From the NCBI GenBank assembly GCA_050738535.1, contig JBOHZT010000001.1, positions 1 to 53,335 on the forward strand: a DNA stretch of 53,335 bases. The letters are read 5' to 3'. Below, one piece after another: positions 18,028 to 27,706 of this stretch. The position numbers and the translations under genes are program-made. Position 1 is the first letter of the stretch; every line of letters starts with the position of its first letter. The notes under the pieces were generated by a model. It worked only from the letters and a program-made list of their open reading frames with translations, was not told where the DNA came from and did not search any database. The DNA is from Steroidobacteraceae bacterium (GTDB taxonomy: Bacteria; Pseudomonadota; Gammaproteobacteria; Steroidobacterales; Steroidobacteraceae).

Positions 18028-19827
18028 TCAGGGATCATCTTGCCAGGGCGTCGCCAGGCGCAGGGATGCCTCGAGCATCAGCGCGTGCACGAACGCCTGC
18101 GGAAGATTGCCGCGGAGCTGGCGTTGCTCGACATCGTATTCCTCGGAGTACAGCCCCGGCGGTCCACAGGCGACGCCATTGCGCTCGAAGTAGCGGATCG
18201 CATCGGATGTTTCACCCTCCCGGTGGGCAGCCAGGGCGAGCGCGAACCCGCACAGCAGGAATGCGCCTTCCGCATCGCCCAGCCGACCGGGATGATGGCG
18301 ATACCGGTACACGTAACCCTCGCGGCTCAGCTCGCGGCGCACTGCCGTGAGCGTGGCGGCCGTGCGGGGATCGCCCCGTGGCAGTGCGCCACGGATGGCG
18401 GGCAGCAGCAATGCCGCATCCACGCGCTCGTCGTCCGGCGCACGTTGCCAGCGTCCGGACCGGTGCGTGCAGCGCTCGGCGGTATGAGCCAGGATCGTCT
18501 CGGCAAGCGCGAGCCATTCGCCCGCCCGCTGGGTCGGAACTCCCTGCGCGCGGCCGGCCGCGCGCAGCCCCGCCACGCAGATCAGGCGGCTGTGGGTCCA
18601 ACACCGATCATTCAATTCCCAGATGCCCGCCTCGGGCTCGGCCCAACGCTCGGCAATGCAGTCGGCAGCGGCTTCGGCAGCCCGCCAGCCGTCGGTATCG
18701 AGATGGTCCCGACGCGCAGCGGCGGCCAACAGCAGCAGTGACTCGCCGAACGCATCGAGCTGGAATTGGGCGTTGACGTGGTTGCCGACGATGTCATAAC
18801 CGCCGGGGTAGCCGGAAAGGTGCACCGAGTGCGGGTCGGGGATGCGGCCGCCCGAGGTGGTGTAGGCAGGGCTGAGCGTCGGGCCATCCTCGAGCAGCCG
18901 GGCGGCCACGAAGCGGACCGCGTCGTCGAGCAGCGGGTAGGCGCCGGCGGCCGCGATGGCTTCGCCGGTGAAACACTGATCGCGGATCCACACATAGCGG
19001 TAGTCGTAGTTGCGTCCTTCTTCGGCGCGCTCCGGGAGACTCATCGTTGCGGAGGCGACCATGCCGCCGCCGGAGCTGGTCAACCCGCGCAGTACCGCGT
19101 AGGCGTGCCGTGCCTCGCGCGGCTCCAGGCTCCCGGACAGCTCCGGCACCGTCGTGCGCCACGAGTACTCGGTGGCCTGCCAGGCTTGGTTCGGTTCCGG
19201 AGCCGGCTCGGGCAGCGCCCGCTCCGAGACCTCCAGGACCAGATCGCGGTGACCGCCGGCGGGCAGCGTGAACTGCAGTGAAAGAGCGCCCTTGCTGTCA
19301 CCGGCTCCATCGTCCGGCTCGGCCTCCGCGGCGCCGCTCCAGCGCAAATTCAGCCCGCCGGTCCGTCCAGTCCAAATGCCATCCCGGCGATCGAGCCGCT
19401 CGAGCGAGTGCTTTCCGAACCCGCCCCGCGCGTTCAGCCGCACCTGCATGCGCGCCGCGGTGTCGAGGGCCATGACTCGCCGCAGCAGCACTAGCCGGTT
19501 CGCATCGCCCGGGAAGGCGAGCGCCTCGCGGCACTCGATGATCCCGCTCTGGGTGATCCAGCGCGAGCGCCAGATCAAGGTGCCTTGCTCGTAGGAGCCT
19601 CCCCATACGAATCGAGCATCGACCGGCGTGATCGCATAGACGCCATGACCCCCGAGCAGTGAGGAAAAGACGGCGTCGCTGTCCCAGCGCGGGGCGCACA
19701 TCCAAGCGATGTCACCGCGAGGCCCGATCAGGGCGCCGCGCTCCCCGTCGGCGAGCAGCGCATATTGGCGCAGCACGCTGGGTGGATAGCGCTGCGCGTT
19801 CGGGCGGTCGATCTTCCTGTTCGCCAT
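18028..19827 (-). CDS. Glycoside hydrolase family 15 protein (glucoamylase/trehalase-like)
   Basis: 599 aa. The N-terminus 'YALLADGERGALIGPRGDIAWMCAPRWDSDAVFSSLLGG' and the (alpha/alpha)6 catalytic region 'MSLPERAEEGRNYDYRYVWIRDQ' are typical of bacterial GH15 enzymes. Confidence 0.85.
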   Translation of the reverse strand: MANRKIDRPNAQRYPPSVLRQYALLADGERGALIGPRGDIAWMCAPRWDSDAVFSSLLGGHGVYAITPVDARFVWGGSYEQGTLIWRSRWITQSGIIECREALAFPGDANRLVLLRRVMALDTAARMQVRLNARGGFGKHSLERLDRRDGIWTGRTGGLNLRWSGAAEAEPDDGAGDSKGALSLQFTLPAGGHRDLVLEVSERALPEPAPEPNQAWQATEYSWRTTVPELSGSLEPREARHAYAVLRGLTSSGGGMVASATMSLPERAEEGRNYDYRYVWIRDQCFTGEAIAAAGAYPLLDDAVRFVAARLLEDGPTLSPAYTTSGGRIPDPHSVHLSGYPGGYDIVGNHVNAQFQLDAFGESLLLLAAAARRDHLDTDGWRAAEAAADCIAERWAEPEAGIWELNDRCWTHSRLICVAGLRAAGRAQGVPTQRAGEWLALAETILAHTAERCTHRSGRWQRAPDDERVDAALLLPAIRGALPRGDPRTAATLTAVRRELSREGYVYRYRHHPGRLGDAEGAFLLCGFALALAAHREGETSDAIRYFERNGVACGPPGLYSEEYDVEQRQLRGNLPQAFVHALMLEASLRLATPWQDDP

Positions 19828-19875
19828 CGCATCCCCTGTTGCGCTAGATGCCGCCGGAGCGGCCTCGGACCGTCC

Positions 19876-20241
19876 TCACCTCATCGCCATCCGGTAAGCG
19901 AGGCTGGTCATGATCCAGACGGTGCCGCCGATCATGATGGCGAGCAGCAACGCCGAGAACAGGATCAAATGCAGGTCCTCGCGCTGCTGCTTGATGCCGA
20001 TGTGCAGGAAGAGCCTGAAATGGACGATCATCTGCACGAGCCCTAGCGCTCCGATCGTGTAGAGCACCGTCGTCCGGGGCGCGCCGCCCCAATGCACCAT
20101 CCCGAACGCCGCCAGCGTCAGCAGCAGCGCCAGAGCGGCTCCCCAGACATAGGAAAGGAATTCCCCGCGCTCGCGGGCGCCGGCGTCTCCCGTGCCGGGA
20201 TCGCCCGGCGGTACTTGCCCGTTCGTCGGGGTCGCGCTCAT
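19876..20241 (-). CDS. cyoD: Cytochrome bo3 ubiquinol oxidase subunit IV
   Basis: 121 aa with 3 TM helices. Start MSATPT, overlapping the cyoC stop (ATGA-type coupling). Last gene of the cyo operon. Confidence 0.85.
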   Translation of the reverse strand: MSATPTNGQVPPGDPGTGDAGARERGEFLSYVWGAALALLLTLAAFGMVHWGGAPRTTVLYTIGALGLVQMIVHFRLFLHIGIKQQREDLHLILFSALLLAIMIGGTVWIMTSLAYRMAMR

Positions 20242-20861
20242 GTGAGCCCCGCGAGATAAACGACCGTGAAAATCGCGATCCAGACGATGTCGAGGAAATG
20301 CCAGAACAACGCGAGCCGCATGACTGCGAGCTTGGTGCGCGCGTCGAGGCCGTAGCGCTTGACCTGACCGAGAATGCAAAGCAGCCAGATGGCGCCGGCT
20401 GTGACGTGCAAGCCGTGCAACGGCACCAGGTCGAAGAATGCCGACAGGAATCCGCTGCGCTCGGGCGCCCCCCCCTTCGCGATCATCGTGATGAAATCGC
20501 GGCACTCCAGTCCCAGGAACGCGATGCCCAGCACCAGCGTCACCAGCAGCCAGCCCACCAGCCGTCGCGTACTGTGCTTGTATTTCATCGCGACCGACGC
20601 CATGCCGAAGGAGAAGCTGCTGGCCAGCAACAGCAGGGTTTCGACGAATACGCTGGTGATGTCGTACAGGTCCTTCGGACCGGGGCCGCCGGCGGTGGCG
20701 TGGATAGACGACACGTAGGTCGCGAACACCAGCCCGAACAGGATGGCGTCGCTCATCAGGAAGACCCAGAAGCCGAACAGCGTGACCGCCGCGGCCGGCT
20801 CGGCATCGGGATGCTCGCCGCCGAGATTCAGCCCCGGATACCTGTAATTGGCTGCACTCAT
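20238..20861 (-). CDS. cyoC: Cytochrome bo3 ubiquinol oxidase subunit III
   Basis: 207 aa. 'LFGFWVFLMSDAILFGLVFATY' and 'LFWHFLDIVWIAIFTVVY'. The start overlaps the cyoB stop. Confidence 0.9.
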   Translation of the reverse strand: MSAANYRYPGLNLGGEHPDAEPAAAVTLFGFWVFLMSDAILFGLVFATYVSSIHATAGGPGPKDLYDITSVFVETLLLLASSFSFGMASVAMKYKHSTRRLVGWLLVTLVLGIAFLGLECRDFITMIAKGGAPERSGFLSAFFDLVPLHGLHVTAGAIWLLCILGQVKRYGLDARTKLAVMRLALFWHFLDIVWIAIFTVVYLAGLT

Positions 20862-22969
20862 GATGCGGCTCGCAGGGCGGTTTCGTCGGCCAAGCCCTGA
20901 TTGACCGGCCGGGTCTCGTCGGCGCGAGTGATCGGGGTGGCGGCGTGAACCACTTCCAGCCACCGGCTGTGCTCTTCCCGAACTCGAGCGGCCGGTACCG
21001 TTTGGGTGATATCGCGGGCGAAGCCGCGCACGATCAGCGTCGCGAGCACGCCCAGGAACGCGAGGCACACCATCCACCAGATGTGCCATACGAGCCCGAA
21101 TGCGAGTACGAATCCCAAGCCGCCGATCACCGGGCCCATCGCGGCGTTTCGGGGCATCAGGATGTCAGCGTAACGATCGGGCTGCCGGTACGCGGTGCGG
21201 GCTTCCTTGGCGATCGTGAATGCGTCGCGATCGCCGACGACGGGAATGACGGCAAAGTTGTATTCCGGCGGAGGCGCCGGCACCGACCATTCGAGGCTGC
21301 GACCGTCCCATGGGTCGCCGACCGGCACGCGGTTCTCCTCGCGGTGCCTCACCGACAACCACAACTGGATCACCAGAGCGAACAGCGCGACGCCGATCAG
21401 CAAGGCGCCGCCGAACGCCACTAATTCGAGCGGCACGTAAGCCGGCTGGGCATAGGCCACGGTGCGGCGCGGCAGGCCCATGATGCCGAGCGCGTACAGC
21501 GGGAAGAAGGCCAGCATGAACCCGAAGGTCCAGCACAGCGCCGAGAAGATGCCCCAGCGCTCGTTCAAGCGGAAACCGAACGCCTTGGGAAACCAAAAGT
21601 GATAGCCCGCCAGCAGCCCGAACAGCACCCCGGGAACGGCCACGTTGTGGAAATGCGCCACCAAGAACACGGTGTTGTGCACCTGGTAATCGACGCTCGG
21701 GTTGGCCAGGAGGATCCCGCTCATGCCGCCCAGCACGAACAGCACGATGAAGCCTATCGCGTAGACCATCGGGGCGGTGATGCGGACCCGGCCGCGAAAC
21801 ATCGTCCACATCCAGTCGTAGATCTTCACCCCCGTCGGGATGCCGATGAGCATCGAGGCGATGCCGAACACCGCGTTGACACTCGGGCCCTGACCCATCG
21901 TGAAGAAATGATGCACCCACACCGTGAAGGACAAAACCGCGATGCTCATGATCGCGAGCACCATCGAGGTGTAGCCGAACAGCGCCTTACCGGAATAGGT
22001 GGAGAAGACCTCAGAATAGATGCCGAACGAAGGAAGGATCAGGATGTAGACCTCGGGATGGCCGAATATCCAGAACAGGTTGACGAAGTGCATCATGTTG
22101 CCACCCTGTTCATTGGTGAAATAGTGAAAGCCTAGATACCGGTCTAGCGCCAATTGCAACGTGGCCACCGTCAGTGCCGGCATCGCGAAGATCATGAGGA
22201 TGGCCGTGCACAGCGCGGCCCAGGTGAACAGCGGCATCCGGAACAGATGCATGCCGGGCGCTCGCTCCTTGTAGATGGTCACGGAAAAATTTATTCCGGT
22301 CAGCGTCGAGCCGATGCCGGCCAGATTGAGCGACCAGATCCAATAGTCCGGTCCCACGCCGGACAGGAAATTGCTCTCCGTGTAGGGCGGATACCCGAAC
22401 CATCCGCCGGTCGAGAACTGGCCGAACACCAGGGATGCCATCACGAGCGCAGCGCCGGCCGCGGTCAGCCACAGACTGATGGAATTGAGCACGGGAAAGG
22501 AGACATCCCGCGCGCCGATCTGCAGCGGCATCACATAGTTCATGACGCCGGTCAGGAACGGCATCGCCATGAAGAAGATCATGATCGTGCCGTGGGTGGA
22601 GAACAGTTGCCCGAAGTGATCCGGCGACAGAAATCCGCCGCCGAGGCCCCAGGCCTGCTGCGCGCGCATCAGGATCGCTTCGATCAGCGCACGCGCCAGC
22701 ATCACGAACGCGATCACGACGTACATGATCCCGATCTTCTTGTGGTCCGTGCTGGTGAGCCAGTCCGACCACAGTACGCGCCATTTGTGAAACCAGGTGA
22801 TCAGCGCGACGATGATGACGATGCCACCCACGGCGGCGCAGGCCGCGAAACCCGCGATGCTGCCGTTAATGAGGTTCTCCTGGGTCGGATTCCTCACCAT
22901 GTCGTAGAAGGGCAGCGAATGCAGGGTGAAGCGTCCGATGACGTCGTAGAGGATCGCGTTCGTGCTCAT
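20858..22969 (-). CDS. cyoB: Cytochrome bo3 ubiquinol oxidase subunit I
   Basis: Heme-copper oxidase subunit I ('WLTSTDHKKIGIMY', 'FWIFGHPEVYILILP', 'HHFFTMG', 'VAHFHNV'). The start is MSTNAIL at 22969, overlapping the cyoA stop. The listed ORF extends further upstream. Confidence 0.9.
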   Translation of the reverse strand: MSTNAILYDVIGRFTLHSLPFYDMVRNPTQENLINGSIAGFAACAAVGGIVIIVALITWFHKWRVLWSDWLTSTDHKKIGIMYVVIAFVMLARALIEAILMRAQQAWGLGGGFLSPDHFGQLFSTHGTIMIFFMAMPFLTGVMNYVMPLQIGARDVSFPVLNSISLWLTAAGAALVMASLVFGQFSTGGWFGYPPYTESNFLSGVGPDYWIWSLNLAGIGSTLTGINFSVTIYKERAPGMHLFRMPLFTWAALCTAILMIFAMPALTVATLQLALDRYLGFHYFTNEQGGNMMHFVNLFWIFGHPEVYILILPSFGIYSEVFSTYSGKALFGYTSMVLAIMSIAVLSFTVWVHHFFTMGQGPSVNAVFGIASMLIGIPTGVKIYDWMWTMFRGRVRITAPMVYAIGFIVLFVLGGMSGILLANPSVDYQVHNTVFLVAHFHNVAVPGVLFGLLAGYHFWFPKAFGFRLNERWGIFSALCWTFGFMLAFFPLYALGIMGLPRRTVAYAQPAYVPLELVAFGGALLIGVALFALVIQLWLSVRHREENRVPVGDPWDGRSLEWSVPAPPPEYNFAVIPVVGDRDAFTIAKEARTAYRQPDRYADILMPRNAAMGPVIGGLGFVLAFGLVWHIWWMVCLAFLGVLATLIVRGFARDITQTVPAARVREEHSRWLEVVHAATPITRADETRPVNQGLADETALRAAS

Positions 22970-24000
22970 GGCTCGGTCTTCTCTCGCGTCGGCGTCGCGT
23001 TCGCGGCGGCGACGGGCGTGCTGCGCTTTGGTTCGGCGGTGCCCTTCGGCCCGGGCCCGGCGCCGTTTTTTACCGCCTCGACGAGGGCTCGAAACAGCCG
23101 GGGCGAAACGCCCGTCAGGTAGACGACTCCGTCGTGTACGGCGCGGCGCGGCAGGGCGGCGATCAATTGGGCATGGGTGTTGCGCTCGCCTATCAGTCGC
23201 AGAATGCGCGCGTCGATCGGAACGCCGGTGGCCTTCACCTTCCTCACCCACGCCTTGAATGCGGCGGGACTCGCGCCGACGGCGGTGAATTTCTGCTGGT
23301 GAAACCCGTTGCCGTCGTACATGGTGTTCTCGCCGAGGAAGCGCCCCGCTCGGCTCGCCTCCAGGTTCAACCGCGTGACCATGCCCCCCATGGCGTAGAT
23401 CTGACTACCCAGCGCAGGGATGAAGAACGACTGCATCACCGTCGCGGACGTCAGATGGATGCTCACGGGGCGGCCGATCGGTATCGTCATGCCGCCGATC
23501 GTGGCAATCCCCTGCTCGGGATAGATGAACAGCCACTTCCAGTCGTAGCCGATCACCTGCATCGCAAGCGGCGGTCGGCGGGATGCGATGGGCCGGGAGG
23601 GATTCAGGTGGTGGGAGTCCCGCCACACGAGGAAGCCCAGCGCGCACACGATGAGCACCGGACCGATCCAGGTCAGGGCTACGATGGGCGTGGAGTCGCA
23701 CCACTTCGGCGTGTAGCGCGCGGCCGTGTTGCCGTAGCGGTAGCGCCAGACGAGGAACGGCAGTGCGAGGAAGATGGGGCCTGCCACGAATACCGCCATG
23801 ATCCCGAGCACCCAGTAGAAGTGCACGCTCTGGTCGTAGGCGATCGGCCCTTGAGGATCGAGGAAGCTCATGTGCTCGTTGCCAACGCACGCACTGAGCG
23901 TCAGCACGATGCTGCCGATGGCAAGGCATCGGCACGCCGCCAGCTTCCGTCCGGAATGTATCCCGCGCGGCACGCGGGGGATAGGATTATGCGCGCTCAA
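22966..24000 (-). CDS. cyoA: Cytochrome bo3 ubiquinol oxidase subunit II (lipoprotein)
   Basis: Lipobox 'LTLSAC'. 'VMQSFFIPALGSQIYAMGGMVTRLNL' matches quinol-oxidase CyoA, and there is no CuA Cys pair. Pro/Ala-rich C-terminal tail. Confidence 0.9.
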   Translation of the reverse strand: MSAHNPIPRVPRGIHSGRKLAACRCLAIGSIVLTLSACVGNEHMSFLDPQGPIAYDQSVHFYWVLGIMAVFVAGPIFLALPFLVWRYRYGNTAARYTPKWCDSTPIVALTWIGPVLIVCALGFLVWRDSHHLNPSRPIASRRPPLAMQVIGYDWKWLFIYPEQGIATIGGMTIPIGRPVSIHLTSATVMQSFFIPALGSQIYAMGGMVTRLNLEASRAGRFLGENTMYDGNGFHQQKFTAVGASPAAFKAWVRKVKATGVPIDARILRLIGERNTHAQLIAALPRRAVHDGVVYLTGVSPRLFRALVEAVKNGAGPGPKGTAEPKRSTPVAAANATPTREKTEP

Positions 24001-24213
24001 TGAACTCGAAACTCTCGCTCGCGTAGGCTCTTGCCTACTCTCGGTTCGAGTCCGTCAGCACGAAGCGGGCCAGGAGGGCGAGCGGCTCCGAGTGGGTCAT
24101 CCGCATCACACCCACGGGCAGCGAGAGCCGGCCGCTCTCAGCTGCCCGCGTCGTCGGCAATCATGATCAGGAATTGCCCGGGGGCCGCGGCCCCGGCTCG
24201 CGCCGACAGCGCG

Positions 24214-24780
24214 TCAGGGATATTTGCGCGTGCGATGCAAAGTGTTGCGGTCCGTGTGATGCATCTCGTCGCCGGTTGCCTTGAGCTTGAGCATCAGATC
24301 GGAGGTGTAGCTGAACGTTCCGTCGTCGTTGAACGTGAACGAGCTCTTGAAGCTGCGCACCTCGGCCCGCTCGAGGAGATACTTGTTCTGCACCAGTCCG
24401 TAGTGAGGCGTGCCGGGGTCCGCCTTGAATGCGAGCGATTTGTCGCTCGGCTTCGCGGTGCCTCCCGCCAGGATGGCGAGCCCGCGCGGAACGGCGAAGC
24501 AGCGCATGACCTGCCCGGTCGAGGCCTCCCACAGGACGTAGCCCACCTCGTCGTGGAACGGATCCATTGCCTCCTCGCCATGCCGCCAGGCCGTCATCTC
24601 ATAGTTGAGCCCGTAGATCGTCTGCTTGCCGTTCTCGACGATGGGGATGGGCTTGAACCAAGCCTTCTCGAAGTAGGTGGTCTCGGTCGTCTCGTTCTCC
24701 TTGTTGTGATACGAGAGATCGACCCCGACATCGCCTTCCCATTCGCCGACCAGCGGAACGAGCGGACCAAGCTTGCTCAT
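24214..24780 (-). CDS. Nitrobindin/THAP4-like heme-binding beta-barrel protein (DUF1794-type)
   Basis: 188 aa. The N-terminal 'LVPLVGEWEGDVG' fits the L-x-x-L-x-G-x-W-x-G motif of the family. The composition is beta-rich, with a conserved His near the C-terminus. Confidence 0.55.
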   Translation of the reverse strand: MSKLGPLVPLVGEWEGDVGVDLSYHNKENETTETTYFEKAWFKPIPIVENGKQTIYGLNYEMTAWRHGEEAMDPFHDEVGYVLWEASTGQVMRCFAVPRGLAILAGGTAKPSDKSLAFKADPGTPHYGLVQNKYLLERAEVRSFKSSFTFNDDGTFSYTSDLMLKLKATGDEMHHTDRNTLHRTRKYP

Positions 24781-24865
24781 AGGTGCACCTCAGTGATACG
24801 GGTCGCACCGCCACGCTAGTCCTTTTGCGCCGGGGAGGCAATACAGAGGTAAGGCTCGAGCTCGC

Positions 24866-25273
24866 TCAGCGGTGCGCTTCGGCCTCCGGCTGATAGAGGA
24901 TCCTCACCACACGGTAGCGCCTGAGCTCACCCTGCGGGAGCGGCCAGTCGATCGTCTGCCCGGCCGAGAGCCCGAGCAGTGCGGTGCCCACGGGCGCGAG
25001 GACCGAGAGCCGGCCCTGGGCCGGATCGCTGTCCTGGGGGTAGACGAGGGAGACCTCACGCGTCTCACCGGTCGATTCGTCCTCGAACACGACGCGCGAG
25101 TTCATCGTGACGACGTTGCCCGCGATGCTCTCCGGCGAGACGATGCGCGCGCGGTCCAGCTCGTCCGCGAGCGCTTGCGCTGCCTCGTTGTCGCGGGCGT
25201 TTCGGCTGGCCTGTATCGCGCTTCTCAGCCGCCGCTGATCCATCGCCGTGATCACGATCTCGCTGCGCCGCAT
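24866..25273 (-). CDS. rnk: GreA/GreB-fold regulator of nucleoside diphosphate kinase (Rnk-like)
   Basis: 135 aa from MRRSEIVIT. C-terminal GreA/B FKBP-like domain 'LSVLAPVGTALLGLSAGQTIDWPLPQG'. Confidence 0.75.
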   Translation of the reverse strand: MRRSEIVITAMDQRRLRSAIQASRNARDNEAAQALADELDRARIVSPESIAGNVVTMNSRVVFEDESTGETREVSLVYPQDSDPAQGRLSVLAPVGTALLGLSAGQTIDWPLPQGELRRYRVVRILYQPEAEAHR

Positions 25274-25339
25274 CTGAAGCTCCTTACGACGGATGGGAAA
25301 CCCTGGGGCGCCCGGGTCCCGAAGCAAGATCGGGGCCGG

Positions 25340-26413
25340 TTAGTGGCGGGCGCTCCGAAATTCCAGGTAGCCGATCTGGTTGCGCCGCGCGTCGGCGAAC
25401 CAGAGCCGGTCGACGAGTCGCGAGGGCGGCTCGCGGTCGCTGCCCGCCGTGAGACCCACGGCGAGCGCGCCGGCGCCGAGCGGGAACTCCGTGATGCGCC
25501 CCGTCGGACTCACCCGCCCGAGCTTGCTGCCCCGCGTGTACCAGATGTCACGATCCGGTCCTACGGTGATGTTGATGGGCGAGAAGCGGCCTTGCGGCAT
25601 CACGAACTCGCGCACCTTGCCGCTCACCGTGATGCGACCCACTCGATTCCCGTGCGTCACCAGGCCGTCCATGCCGCCGGACAGCTCCACGAACCACAGC
25701 GCGCCGTCCGCGCCTGCCGTGATGTCGCCCGGGCCACTGTCCGGGCGCGGCAGCCGGAACTCGGTCACCTCGCCTGCGGGGGTGATCCGGCCGATCTTGT
25801 CGGCGCGGTATTCGGAGAACCAGAGGTTGCCGTCGGGTCCGGCCGCGAGCGCGCGGGGCCCGCTGTCGGGCGTCGGCAGGGTGAATTCGGTGATCGTCCC
25901 CTGCGGCGTGATGCGGCCGATCTTGCCTGCGGCGAACATCCCGAACCAAATGTTCCCGTCCGCGCCGAGCGCGAGGGCGCGCGGCTCGCTCGCGGGAGTC
26001 GGGATGTCGAACTCGGAGATCTCCCCGGCTGGCGTAATGCGGCCGATGCGATTGCCGGTGTGCTCGGAGAACCACATGTTGCCGTCCGCGCCGAGCGCGA
26101 TGATCCGCGGCGAGCTGCGGGGGTGCGGCAGCGCGAACTCCACGAGGCCGCTGCCGTCGGGATTCATGCGGCCGATGCGATTGCCGCTGCTCTCGGTGAA
26201 CCAGATCCGCCCGTCCGGGGCGATCGCGAGGGTCGTTGGGCCGCTGCGGGGATGCGGCAGGGGAAACGAGCGGATTTCGCCGGTGGCGATCATGCGTGCC
26301 GAGTGAGCAGTGAGCCAGCGCTGCGGCGCGGCGCCCGAGCCGAAGGCGGCCGCACTGCCGGCCGCGGCGCAAAGCAGGGCGGTCGCGCCGAGCCACGGCC
26401 AGGCGAGTCTCAT
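25340..26413 (-). CDS. Secreted Vgb (virginiamycin B lyase)-family beta-propeller repeat protein
   Basis: Signal peptide MRLAWPWLGATALLCAAAGSAAA, followed by about 7 repeats of 'GPDGNLWFxExxxNKIGRITPxGxxTEFxLP'. Confidence 0.8.
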   Translation of the reverse strand: MRLAWPWLGATALLCAAAGSAAAFGSGAAPQRWLTAHSARMIATGEIRSFPLPHPRSGPTTLAIAPDGRIWFTESSGNRIGRMNPDGSGLVEFALPHPRSSPRIIALGADGNMWFSEHTGNRIGRITPAGEISEFDIPTPASEPRALALGADGNIWFGMFAAGKIGRITPQGTITEFTLPTPDSGPRALAAGPDGNLWFSEYRADKIGRITPAGEVTEFRLPRPDSGPGDITAGADGALWFVELSGGMDGLVTHGNRVGRITVSGKVREFVMPQGRFSPINITVGPDRDIWYTRGSKLGRVSPTGRITEFPLGAGALAVGLTAGSDREPPSRLVDRLWFADARRNQIGYLEFRSARH

Positions 26414-26432
26414 GTTGCGCTTCTCTCCATAG

Positions 26433-27677
<1,245 letters not shown>

Positions 27678-27706
27678 GGTCGCTCGGCCGGTGCACGCAC
27701 CCGCCG

